From assembly GCA_030141605.1 (NCBI GenBank), contig JAQGDQ010001847.1, forward strand, positions 1 through 23,466: DNA of 23,466 bases. Reading direction: 5' to 3'. The notes beneath the pieces are model-generated. The model was given only the letters and a program-made list of their open reading frames with translations. It was not told where the DNA came from and did not search any database. This document shows positions 1 through 11,546 of this stretch, in pieces; the stretch's first letter is position 1; each line of letters starts with the position of its first letter. Source of the stretch: Tubiluchus corallicola. Lineage: Eukaryota; Animalia; Priapulida. Position numbers and translations under genes: made by a program.

Positions 1-796
1 CTTGTAAATCAAACTTGTCATGATGTGAGGGCAATCTAATAAAATCATGTCATTGAACTTAAAATTTGCAGCTCTTTTTTTTTCATTGTCAACGTCACGC
101 ACCCAATAACACCGTACACTTCAATTCTCACTTTTCCAACCGTGTGAACGACAGAAGATTCCTGCCTTTGAAAATAATAACATCGTAACTCAGCTGTGCC
201 CCTGTGTGGACCAGCTCTGTGGTATGCTGAAATTGACTAACTATCACAGTATCATCCTTTGATCACAACAAATTTAGACATTAATACAAAACACTTGTAG
301 AGAGCTACAGTTTGCCACCAGATCTTGTAAAGAATTTATATAGTTAATTATCTAAAATGTAAAATAATGTTATGCACTGGAATAGAATGTTTTCAATGAG
401 ATAGGACCTGTAGGCATTTAAATTCTGTCTTAATGCTGTTTCAATATTCCAAACAATTACATTGAAAATATTTGCCAGTACAAAGTAGTGTGCATATGAA
501 ACTTAAATCACTGCTGAGCAGCGAGCCACACTGGAAAACCAAGCAGACCAGCCCATGACAGCAAAAGTTAAAATTAGTTTAGTCACTTTAGTATAACAAG
601 TTAACCAACCGTCATGTGTTACAATTACTAATTAACCATAAATTTTTAATAAAAGAGAAAATCCTGCAAGTTGACATGCTCTTGATTCCCTCCCCCAGGC
701 CCTAGCCATAGGATTCCTTATCCAAAATGATTTTTACAGTCAACAGCTACAACAAATTGTTTAACTTCAAAACCAAAAACCAACACATATTAATAT

Positions 797-802
797 TTTA
801 TT
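797..802 (-). terminator. Candidate polyadenylation signal (AATAAA) for EMC2
   Basis: AATAAA on the minus strand about 550 nt downstream of the EMC2 stop. The sequence is AT-rich, so a chance match is quite possible. Confidence 0.25.
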
Positions 803-1353
803 ATTTACAAAGTGGTATACCACAACACAGTATTAGGTCAATTAGAAGCTTATAACAAAATGTTGTATTTTACGAATTCATGTTTTCTCAGCCCTTCTCG
901 TACTACACATAACCCTAGTAATTTCTAAAGTGATTGCATTAATAGCAGTATACTAGGAAAGTCTTTACAGCTGCACTGAAATGAAACATCTAACGAATAA
1001 AAATAACAGTAATTATCAAAAATATTAAACAGCTAAAAATACAAGTTTACGTATTTACATCTAATGCACTATGACAGGGTAGTAAGATGTTGTCACCACA
1101 AGGCCCAAGTAGTCTGTTTGGCAACTAACAGCTGTATCAATCTAATTCATATCATAATGAATAAGTACTAGTGAATAAAGTAAATAAACAAAGACAGCCA
1201 ACACAGCTTGTTGAAATTTCTAGCCAGGTTTGCAGTCAAATGTCCTTAACATTTATCAAAGCTCTTCTTAAACAGGTTTCAGGGCAAATCCACTCCTTTT
1301 CATGAAATTCTATTTGAAAAATGTGAAATGGCAGGATTGTGGTTAATGTTGTT

Positions 1354-2229
1354 TTAATTAGAAATTTGTAAAGCATTCAGCATTTCATCTATTGCATTCA
1401 GTTGACCTTCTGTTATATTTTGTGCCTTACGGTATTTGTCTTGTATCTGATTAGCTGTCCACATTGCATATTTAACATTTTCCTTCTTCTTTGATCCCTT
1501 AGGTGGTGCAGCAACAAAATTAGAAGCTAAAAATAGTCCATACAATGCCCGCATATTGTCACTATTTAAAAGCAAAGCTTGAGCAAAATGCGCTCTTGCA
1601 AGTTCCAAATTTTCTGGACCTCCTTGTGTGTATCGAATCTCTGCATAACGTTGATGATAAAGATGATTATGTGGATTTGATAAAATGAGTTCTTCCACAC
1701 AAAAAGCTGCTTTGTTGTAATCATTTTCGATAATGTACAGATCAGACAGTTCTATCCAGGCTTCGTAATCTGACATAAACTGCTTTGTGTATGCCACTAG
1801 GTAGCCAATAGCTTCAGTAATTTTATTCTGAGCTCTCAATACTGCTATTTTTCGTTTTCGCGCAAAAGACTGAGAAAAATCAGTCTTTATTATTGCATCA
1901 TAAATTCGTTCAGCTTTTTCGTAATTTCCTAGCGATTCGTGTTGCATTGCCATTAACCGCTTTACTCTCATGCTATCAGGAAATTGGTGTTTCAAAGCAG
2001 CTAAGCATTTCTGAGCTATATCTTGTCTGGCACAATCTAGAGCAGCTATAAAGACTTGTTCATAAACCAACCATCGTTCATCAGAAAGTTTTTGCATAGA
2101 AGAACTTAAACATTCTTCGAAGATTTCTATTATTTCTTCACTTCGTCTATCATTAGTGTCACGAAATTTTTGCAGTATCCTTTTTCCTTCATCGGCACAA
2201 GTATCTGTATACTGTCCAAAATCATCCAT
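1354..2229 (-). CDS. EMC2: ER membrane protein complex subunit 2 (TTC35), TPR protein, 291 aa, intronless CDS
   Basis: Uninterrupted ORF with EMC2 hallmark motifs WLVYEQVFIAALD, FPDSMRVKRL, RKRKIA, FMSDYEAWIELSDLY, KAAFCVEELILSNPHNHLYHQRYAE and NMRALYG. Length is typical of the family. Confidence 0.96.
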   Translation of the reverse strand: MDDFGQYTDTCADEGKRILQKFRDTNDRRSEEIIEIFEECLSSSMQKLSDERWLVYEQVFIAALDCARQDIAQKCLAALKHQFPDSMRVKRLMAMQHESLGNYEKAERIYDAIIKTDFSQSFARKRKIAVLRAQNKITEAIGYLVAYTKQFMSDYEAWIELSDLYIIENDYNKAAFCVEELILSNPHNHLYHQRYAEIRYTQGGPENLELARAHFAQALLLNSDNMRALYGLFLASNFVAAPPKGSKKKENVKYAMWTANQIQDKYRKAQNITEGQLNAIDEMLNALQISN

Positions 2230-2383
2230 AACGGTTTAATCTGCTAAAAATCGAGAAAAATAACACAAAAATATTTGTCAACCCAGCCTGAATGAAAAAC
2301 CCAATGCAAACACTTGCGTACGTGTGTATTGAAATTTGAAAGTTTAATGTAGTTCTATTAGTCACCGCTAGGGTGATTGGTGT

Positions 2384-3297
2384 TGTTGGGAGCCGTTTGG
2401 ACCACTGCGCCAAGTAGACCACTTGATGCGCTAAAAGTAGTGTCCTACATGGGCAGCCCAAGTAGGACACTAGCGATTTTTGTCGAGAAACTTGCTCTGG
2501 CAAAACTTGTTTCCAGTTTATATTACCATTGTTTATAAGTATTGTTATGACATAATAAAGCATAAAACAAAATTTCTTTTAGAAATGGATATTCCTTGGC
2601 AATTTACAAAGGCATTTCTTACAATAATTTCATCATTATGATTAACTCCATTAATATATCATAACATTAAACCTAGTATCTAATGCTTTAAAGAGAGAAA
2701 TTCTGCACACAGTTATTACAGAAATAATTGCAAATTTAAAAATGAGACAGATGCTGCTAAGCCTTCACAACACCAAAAAGTAATTTTTAACATTTAAGAA
2801 AAGCAAGGATAATTAGTTTTAATATTATCAGTAGTATTGTAACATGTAGGGCACTGTCCTACATGGCTCGCTAGCCCATGTAGGACACATAGATCGCTAG
2901 AACGTTTACTTATAAGAAAACAATTATTTGCCCAAGAGGTAGTGAAACGGATCACCTGTTTGTGAAGTGAGACAAAATCAAAAATGATATACCTTAAACA
3001 AATGTTGAATTCGCAAAAAAGTGAGGTTTTTTCACTTCAACAACATTAATATCGAAACCAAATTTAATATTGTCCGTTCTACCAGCTCAGAATAAAATTC
3101 TTTTATTTTATTAGATGTATAATAAATTATTCAACGTGTATTAACGTTTTTAATTATTATTATTACATAAACAAGCACAACGGACGTTGTCAGTACACTT
3201 AACGACTGAATTTACGACCTGTCTCTAGTGTCCTACTTGGGCAGCCCAAGTAGACCAATTGGTCTACTTGGCGCAGTGGTCCAAACGGCTCCCAACA
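2384..3297. mobile_element. Non-autonomous TIR element (MITE), copy A; TGT...ACA ends, Ginger-like terminal signature
   Basis: Perfect 38-bp TIRs TGTTGGGAGCCGTTTGGACCACTGCGCCAAGTAGACCA at 2384-2421 and 3260-3297. 5-bp TSD GGTGT at 2379-2383 and 3298-3302. Internal palindromes of type TGTCCTAC-TGGG..CCCA-GTAGGACA. The body is homologous, in inverted orientation, to 5554-6292. Superfamily assignment is tentative. Confidence 0.9.
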
Positions 3298-3518
3298 GGT
3301 GTTGTTGCTGTTAGATTTCGTGCATAAAAAAGACGCATCGTTCAGCAAAAAGAAATTGACGCTTCTCAAAGACGACTCTATAGAAAATACTAGGAATTAC
3401 ATGGCCAGACTCGCTGACTCGCAACATCTCGTGGAAAAATTAACGTCCTTTGGCGAGGAATGCCCATATTTAACATTTATTATAGTATTCCACTTTTCAA
3501 TCTGTCTGAAATAATGGG

Positions 3519-4860
3519 GTGGCATATCTAAGAGTTGGAACTTTCAACTGTAGACTACTTAAATCAGATAAACAAGGTCATCTAGCTTATGATATGGAAT
3601 TTTACAAATTAAACGTACTGTCAGTTCAAGAAACTCTTTTAACAGGAAGTGAAATAGTAACGGTTAAATAATAGCAGCTGCAATCTCTGATCATGGGATG
3701 GTTCATAGTATCACAGTAAAAGCTTCAAACAAAAAAAGCAAAAACCTGTTAGAAACCAATTTTAAATTTATTATGGTCAAGCAGAAACAAGCACTATAAA
3801 TGATGCAAGACAATACACTGACACTGTAACTTTCTCTGACTATAGATTAGTAATGTAAAGTTGAGTGTGAAGAAACAGTTGGCAGCCCTTGCAAAGGATA
3901 ACATAGCTAGGCATTACCAATGTATCAGAATAATGGGATAACATTATTAATGTGTGCACACAAGCATCAAAAGAAGTTACTCTACAAAAAAGCAAAGAAA
4001 ATCTTTGACATTGAACAAGTTGACAAATTATCAGCTCAACAAACAGAATTAGGTTGACGCACAATGCAGCTAAAGTCATGGAACTTAGACAAAAATTCCA
4101 ATCAGAAGCAAATTTAGACATGTGGTCTGCCGAGTTAAAAGAACAAAAATTATTAGAAGATATTACAGAAATTGAAAGATTACTCTAGTAGGATGTATAA
4201 AGCAGTGCAGAAAATGAATAGAAGTAAACCAAAAGTCAGGATATTAGATGAAACTGTTGATGGGGTTTCTCCTAATGAATAAGAAAGATCAGAAATTAAA
4301 ATATAGATTTTTTGAAAGGACTGACTTACAGCAACAATAATGCAAAAAACATTCCAGGGGTTAAACCAACGGCAAAAGAGTCATTCACATTTTGTCCCCA
4401 AAAGGGATTTAAAGGCAATAAAATCTTTAAAGAATGGGAAAGTCCACTTAATTATAGATAACTTCACAGCAGAACAGCTAAAGCATATGCCGAAGCAAGG
4501 GCATCGTAGCATCAAATTTGCTTGAATGCTATAGCTGAAACAGGAAACTATTCAAAAGAAGTTAAGCAGGGGTGTTAGTGCCTATTTGGTATATGCATGA
4601 TCAGGTGCATACATGACAGATTAAATTGCAACATTCCAGTCAAGCTGCATATGCATATGGGGGGTGGGCAGAGGCACTACTGAACTAGTATTGTGAGCAC
4701 AAATATTAGCAGAAAAAGCAACCACATTCAGTTCTTACTGTGTTGCTACTGGATATGAGCAAGGCATTTGATACTGTAGTGAGAGGAATTGTTGTCCATG
4801 ACCTACAAATGATCACAACCAGAAGAAATGCACTTTATCAAAATTTTGCAAATTGACACA
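3519..4860 (+). mobile_element. Decayed non-LTR retrotransposon (APE endonuclease + RT, RTE-like), with stops, frameshifts and deletions
   Basis: Motifs read in order: LRVGTFNCRLL...LAYDMEFYKLNVLSVQET (from 3528, APE start), SDYRLV (~3835), KAIKSLKNGK..DNFTAEQLK (~4411-4480), QAAY..GRGTTE (~4640-4685) and LLLDMSKAFDTV (4743-4778, RT motif). Confidence 0.85.
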
Positions 4861-4975
4861 GTAAAAAGGGATGTTTTATAAAAATTAGAGAAAAGAAATC
4901 TTCAGCTAAATTGTCAAAAACAGAAGAATATATTATTGGAAGAGATGGTGATCAGTCAAGGAAAAAGGTAGTTAG

Positions 4976-5043
4976 TATTATTATTATTATATTGATGACA
5001 ATGATGATAATGATCATGATGATGATGATTATGATGATAATGA
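4976..5043. repeat. Compound (ATT)n/(ATG)n microsatellite
   Basis: Directly visible imperfect trinucleotide runs. Confidence 0.9.
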
Positions 5044-5553
5044 CGCCTTATTTTCACGAATATAACTATCACTGTTGCTTCAATGAATCAAAAAATCTTT
5101 TACATGATGCAAGTTAAGTTACCAGAAACTTACTTTCTTTTCTGCAATACAATAATTGTTGCTCTAAAAAGAAAGTGGTGATTAAGCAGCTAAGTTTTGA
5201 TGTAAAATTATGCAACATACATTTCTATGAAGCAGCAAAATTCCGAAAGGAGGAATGATAGCTTGCTGATGGTCGAAAATTGTGAAGAAATATCCTCATG
5301 AAGCACATGTGGTGAAATGTGCCTATAAAGCAATGTGTTCCAGTTTTTTGAGGAATGCCGCTAGATAGTTTTTGTCGAATAAGCTGCACGTCTCCTGTGT
5401 GAAATAGGCCTAACAAATGCTCGCTATCCCAATACTCAGTGAAACCGTGTACCGCATCGCCGTGTACCGTGGCGCCATGGTGTTAAAATGGGCGCAGAAA
5501 AAAATCATTAAGACAACGCGCCATAAAATAAGATCGTCCGTAAATACGTAGTG

Positions 5554-6292
5554 TGTGGGGCGCCGAGTGATCCACTAGCCAAAGTAGGACAATTGGCGTA
5601 CATGGGCTAGCCCAAGTAGGACACATCGTACATGGGCTGCCCAAGTAGGACACTAGAGACAGGTCGCGAATTAAGTCGTTAAGCGTACTGACATCGTCCG
5701 TTGTCCTTGTTTATGTAATAATAATAATTAAACATGCCAATACACGTTGAATAATTTATCATACATCTGATAAAATAAACGAATTTTATTCTGAGTTAGT
5801 ATAATTTTGCCAATATTAATCTTCCTTGAAGTGAAATAAGGGCACTTTTAGGCAATTCCAAATTTGCTTAAGGTATATCATTTTTATTTTGTCTTGCTTC
5901 ACAGACAGGCGATCCTTTTCACTCCTTCTTTGACAAATAATTGTTTTCTACTAAGTAGACGGGTTAGCGAGTTATGTGCCCTACGTATTTCTCTCTTTAA
6001 AGCATTAGATACTTAGTTTAATGTTGTGATGATAATTATTAATGGAGCTAATAATAATGATGATATTGCTGTAAAACGTAAATTGTCAAGGACTCTTCAT
6101 CATTATTATAAAGTTCCTTTTTTCTAAAACAAATTTAGTTTTATGTTTTATTATATCATAGATCTCGATTCTTGACAGAAATCGCTAGTGTCCTACTTGG
6201 GCTGCCCATGTACGATGCTTTTCCGCAAATTTAGCACATGCGTTTTACCTGAAGTGTCATACTTCGGCTAGTGGTTTACTCGGCGCCCTACA
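5554..6292. mobile_element. Non-autonomous TIR element (MITE), copy B, inverted relative to copy A
   Basis: 38-bp TIRs at 5554-5591 and 6255-6292 (33/38 match), with TGT...ACA ends. 5-bp TSD TAGTG at 5549-5553 and 6293-6297. Segment 5651-5760 matches the reverse complement of ~3121-3230 at about 90% by hand count. Confidence 0.9.
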
Positions 6293-6418
6293 TAGTGAAT
6301 GATTCAATAGTTATGGTGTGACTGTGTGTACTGAGTAGCTTTTCAAAGTTGTGTAGATTGTGGTTGTCTGTTTATTAAATTTTGTAGTTTTATTAGTAAC
6401 TTGACGCTCAACATAAAA

Positions 6419-6511
6419 ATGCCAGTGTCATTTGAAGGGCGTGTTGATCGAGAAAAATTCGATGGCATGTTGCTTGCTATGGCGCAAGAGCATGAAGGTG
6501 GTGTGCCACAG
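6419..6511 (+). CDS. NUDC: Nuclear migration protein nudC, coding exon 1
   Basis: MPVSFEGRVDREKFDGMLLAMAQEHEGGVPQ matches the conserved NudC N-terminus (FDGMLLAMAQQHEGGV). Phase-0 donor CAG|GT at 6512. Confidence 0.93.
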
Positions 6512-6766
6512 GTGTTGTTCATTGTTTATTGTTACTTATTATACACTACGTGTGATGTTCGCGCTTGCTCGACATCCCAGTGTGTTCAGAGTTTATTTTT
6601 ACTGACTTGTTTAGTTTTTTGCTGGATTACTGCTGTGTTTACCTGTCTTGAGGGCAGTTTTATTTTAGAATTCTGCCGGCCCAATGTCTACAATTGACGT
6701 AACAGGCACATGATGATGATGATGATTTACTTATTTTATTATAGTCTACGTGTGATGTTTGTACTT

Positions 6767-6908
6767 ACTCAGCATCCCGGTGTACCGTCTCACCTTGTAC
6801 CACAGTGCCATGTGCCTCCACACGGTCATTGTGTGACAATAGGTACTGAGCGGGGTAGTACATTTCACTATGGTACACGGCGGCACGGTATGCGCTTTTA
6901 TACTGAGC
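6767..6908. mobile_element. Small degenerate fold-back element (CTCAG...CTGAG ends) in nudC intron 1
   Basis: Imperfect inverted arms ~6767-6820 and ~6851-6908. A related end (TACTCAGTGAAACCGTGTACCGCATCGCCGTGTACC) occurs at 5433-5468. Confidence 0.45.
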
Positions 6909-7553
6909 GTTAGGATGGCGAGCAAGTGCAAACGTTCCATGTAGTACACATCAGTCAAGAGTTGTTATAATATTTCCAAATCAGACCTGTGTGTTAAAAT
7001 TTATTAAATTTTTGTATAATAGTAATTTTAAATCCGACTTGGATGTTGAAACCTATTTCCATGTCAACTGGGTGTTAAAGCCGTTTTACTATCTCTGTGG
7101 TCTTAACATCCATAGCACTTGTTTAAACTTTTTCGTGATATACTACCCTCGAAAACTTTTTTACAATATACAGTTTTATAATCCAATAAATTTATATTAT
7201 TACTATATTACCTATATCTGTAGTAGTGCCACTACTTTTTAATTAGTAGCAGTAAATCGTAATTTCACTAGGTTGTAACGGCACTTCAGCACTATATTTA
7301 TTTCTAGCGGTTGACTCTTGACCATTAATGTCTGCGTATCGAGTTGTATTTTCATATATCAGACTTCCACATTTTTAGCAAGCTGTGTACTTAGTTGTAT
7401 TGAAGTTGTAGTTGAAGTGAAGCAAGAAAGACGTACTCTGGCCAAAATTGAACAGTTATTGCTTCCTGACCACAACTTTAAAAAAAATTAAAGCAAATAA
7501 ACATGTTTAAAGTTTGAACAGTAGTTTCAGACAGCTTGAACAGCAATTTACTA

Positions 7554-7557
<4 letters not shown>

Positions 7558-7603
<46 letters not shown>
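7558..7603. repeat. (TA)n microsatellite, ~23 units
   Basis: Directly visible. Confidence 0.97.
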
Positions 7604-7606
<3 letters not shown>

Positions 7607-7870
7607 TATTGACTAATTCAACATTTCTACAGCCAAGTAATATAGCAAAAACATAACATATAAAACAATTTGTCCAGTGACAAGTGAGATGCATCATTAC
7701 ATGAAATATAATTTTAGTGCGACATTAATTACAATCGTGAATGAATCGTTGAAAGAAGCCAAACATATGACATGAGGCCTTTAGAATGTGATTGGCTGTC
7801 TGAGTTGCCAGTTCCTTGAGTCGGATCAGTGGCAGAGATAGATTTTTAAACCCGGTTTATAACACCTTAT
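7604..7870 (-). mobile_element. Possible 3' end of a decayed LINE ending in AATAAA plus the (TA)n tail
   Basis: Minus-strand peptide LKELATQTANHILKASCHMFGFFQRF loosely resembles CR1/Rex-type ORF2 C-termini. AATAAA lies immediately before the TA run. Weak support. Confidence 0.25.
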
Positions 7871-8737
7871 TTTTCCAAAATTCCAGCATATTAACGTCGT
7901 GGGGATTAATGTCGTTTGGCAGCTATATTATTTGCAATTACATTGTTGGAAAGACAATTGTGAACTGTGTAGGTTTGCCTATACACGAACAGCTTGAGAC
8001 AATAGGGAAAGTTCATAGCATTAGAAATGGTATTGCAGTGCACATTCTAAGATGATCCAACCAATGTAAGAGACAGAGTGTTAGGCGTCATTGGTACTCT
8101 CATCTTATCTTATGTGGTCAACTGTAGAGAGCAAACTTGCTACACCAAGAAAGAAAGAAGAAAAAAGATCCATAACGGAAGATATCCTGTAGGGCCAAGG
8201 CTGCAAAGGAGAAAGCTCATGCTAATTTTACCAAGATGTGGAGGCCAGAAAAGACACACTGTTTGAAAACTGAATTTTTTACAACAGCCAGACCTGAAAA
8301 TTTACACAAATTGTGTGGCTATTGCAGTTACGACAAATAATTATTTTTTAGTCTTTAATATGTAAATATTAGTCAGTGTTGAAACTCAAAAATGCTCGAT
8401 TTATATTATTCATCTTTTTTGTCCATAGAATACACATTGTTGCATTTACATTGTTTTCAGTTTTATTATGCACCTCTTCTGGAACATATTAGTATTCTTA
8501 ACGGAGGTCTTCTCTCTGTACTGTATTGCGCATTTAATATTCGTTTTTTATACTAGTCATTAACACAGTTGCGTAGCAGGAGCTAATAGTTAACAGCAAA
8601 ATTATTTAGCAGATTGTTCTATTTTGTGAACACTTTCAGTTATGGAATAAAATATATGGATAAATCACATTCTCATGGGGCTGGAAAATGAGAATTTTTT
8701 TTTAATGCATGAAAAATAATGCCCTTGTTTATTTCAG

Positions 8738-8815
8738 CTACTTGATACCATATTTGATTTCTTTGGACGAAAGACAGACTTTTATACTGGTGGTGGCCCA
8801 GGTGCTGCTGAAAAG
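8738..8815 (+). CDS. NUDC: nudC coding exon 2
   Basis: tttcag|LLDTIFDFFGRKTDFYTGGGPGAAEK|gtaaag; contains the conserved RKTDF motif; 78 nt, phase 0/0. Confidence 0.95.
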
Positions 8816-10804
8816 GTAAAGCAATTGTCATGTTTAGAAGCTGATTTTACAGATTTTAAGCTTTGTATATAGGAACGTGTGTACTGGACCAAGTCCGCAG
8901 AAGGAACTGCTTCTGTATAGGCCCGATCCATTTTTTTGATTTGATAAAGAATGTTTATTTTTTGTTAATTTTTCACTATGTGACAAATTTTTTTGCGGAC
9001 TTTGCAGTGCCTCAATATCTGTTATTGACTCAGTCCATATATAAGTTAAGCGGTGTTGCATATCATCGTCCTGATGGAGTTCAGACTCGGTTTTCTGAAT
9101 TTTAAAGGGGATGGAAGCACTTTCTAAAGTAGAGTTCATATTAATTCCCAAGCAACATAATTTAAAACCGCTTTCCTCTTAACAGTACATACAGCTTTGT
9201 AGAATCAGAAGAAGCACTTAAATAAGTTATTTTTTGTTACAAGTAAGATGCGGCCTCCTTCACTTCATCTTGTTTTTCTTCTGGTATGACATAACTGGAG
9301 TTAGGCATAAGCACATTACAAACACACGGCATTAGCGTAATTATATGCAGGCGTTTCCTAACTGTTCCTCTTTTTTAGTTTTATGATGAATTTTTGTCTA
9401 CTGGTTTTAGTTTAGTTGCTGCTCACAGCAGGTGCGACTGCTATGCAATTGTCTGTTTTTCTGTGTGTGGCATTGACTTTTTCTGGAATACAAAATTTGA
9501 AATGATATCACCAAATCTTCAAGTACACTTTACTAAGAAGGAAATTAAGGGATCTCAAAATTCATTGATTTTTTTTTATAATACATTTTAAATGCTATAT
9601 TTTATCTACCCATTTCATTCATTCTAAAAAGTGTTAAAATAATGGATGAGATATTTGTTAACAAAATATCTTTTTTAGTCAATAATTAACTTGTTGTGCC
9701 CTTTCTGTTTTAGCTGTGTAAAATGCGTAGCTCTGTTATTTACAGATTATAGGTGTTTGACGAAGGGGAAATGCCTGAAATTTGTCTTTTGTACAAGTGT
9801 ACATATTTGGGCATGTATTTACTCTAATCAGAACTGTTGGACATGATTATAATAACAAATAACATATTATTATTAAGTTATTATTAAATTGAAATATTAT
9901 TAAAATTAGCCATAAATCATTTGTAAACGATCTAATAAGTATTGCTTTCTACTACTTTCTAATTGTTAGTAGGCCCTAGTGCAGTTATGTGATTACATCA
10001 GTTCAAAGTTCTGTTTGACCGATATTTGCAGGAAAAGTGTAGTGTTTTTGGTTTGCTCACACGATCAACCCTTAGCCCTACAACTATGTACCATATGTAT
10101 GGCACAGGCATAATGACAGGATTTTTCCTTGCTGACAAATAGGCTTTATTGTTGATAGCACTCATAAAAATTTCAAAGCAGCTCCACCCTGTCTTTGTGG
10201 CATCTCACTAATGCCCTATGATGTCATGATATTGGCGCACACTTCAAAATCAAAATGACTAAAAGCGATCTGTTCACCCACTTCCTACATCTTAAGAAAG
10301 TCATAAATCAATGAAAAGGCATGCATTTTTCACTTTTCATGTAGGAGCATCATTTTAAACCTTATTTTACAAAATGCATCCTTTCCCTCTAAATAGTGTA
10401 AATTTAGACTGTTTGGCTATTCTTTTGTTTTATCATACTATTTACTTAATTGTCAGCCTCTACCTTAATATCTTCATTAGGTAAACTTTATAAAACAATA
10501 ATTTTTGCCAAGGTTATTTTGAAAATTGGTAGTTTGTAGTTGAGTTGTTGTACTATATTTTTGATATCGTTAAAGTTGAAGTGTAATCTTAAATACATTT
10601 TTCGAAGCAGTGCTTCAAAATTTCACGTGTAAGTGCAGTGGTAATTCAGTTTTTCGTTCAAGTGATAGTTGTGAAAAGGAAAAGTCATAAGTCCACGTAA
10701 ATGTATAGGCTTTTATTATGTGAGTTCAAAAGTTACTTGGAACTTGATAAGGAACTTTTTACGTCATTAACAAAATTGTGAATTTCAGTTTTCACACATT
10801 GCAG

Positions 10805-10918
10805 ATTGTTATAGAAACATTCAAGCGTCACGAAAAAGTTGCTTTAGAAAAACATGAGGCAGTTGTAAAAGAACGGGAGAAAGAAAGAAAAGAAAGAGAG
10901 GAGAAGCTTGCACAAAAA
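10805..10918 (+). CDS. NUDC: nudC coding exon 3
   Basis: ttgcag|IVIETFKRHEKVALEKHEAVVKEREKERKEREEKLAQK|gtaaga; coiled-coil segment; phase 0/0. Confidence 0.9.
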
Positions 10919-11462
10919 GTAAGACAATGCACTGTGTACTATATATTCCTCTACTGGAAGGTGTAAATTATGCTGAACTGCACGATTATGGGCTGCAATT
11001 GTGGTGCTTTTGTGATTGATTACATGATGACTTTTTTGTTTGATTTACTAAATTAACTGATGGAGTAGTAGGCCTATTTAATGTTACTTTATTGAACATT
11101 GTAACCTTATTTGTGTGAGATCAAAATTTAATTATCACTGCTATTCTGAGTGTTAAACATTTTTTTCATCATACTTAGCCAGCCAATTATTTATTATTTA
11201 GTTTGTCATGTTGATCTGTGTGTTTGACTTGCTCAGTATTTTAAGCAAAGATGTTTAAAATTTGCCAGTAAGTTGAAGCAAATTTTAATTTTTGACTGCT
11301 TTTTAAGCCTGGTGTTCGAAATAAGATTTGCCATTGAGCTTTTAGTAAACAGCTGCTGTACTAGAGCTTTTATACTGCCTAGGTAAAACATGTTGTAGAT
11401 CAATGTAAAAAGTTTCAAGTCTTACTTATTTGTAAAAATGTGGCTGTCTGATGTTTTTTTAG

Positions 11463-11546
11463 AAACGTGAGAAAGAAGAGGAAGAGTCAAAGATAACAGA
11501 GTTAACAGATGAAGAAGCTGAGCGGTTGCAAGCTGAAATTGATCAG
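11463..11546 (+). CDS. NUDC: nudC coding exon 4
   Basis: ttttag|KREKEEEESKITELTDEEAERLQAEIDQ|gtaagg; contains the conserved ELTDEEAERLQ motif. Confidence 0.95.

Noticed and set aside
2222-2563. 113-aa ORF upstream of EMC2
   Set aside because: It crosses the MITE terminus and UTR/intron sequence and encodes no recognisable protein.
4911-5117. ORF with poly-Ile/Met tract
   Set aside because: The tract is simply the translation of the (ATT)n/(ATG)n microsatellite.
6243-6251. Minus-strand donor CAG|GTAAAA as the end of an EMC2 5'-UTR exon from a shared bidirectional promoter
   Set aside because: It lies inside MITE B, and a nearer short-intron explanation exists (~2321 to 2241). There is no independent support.
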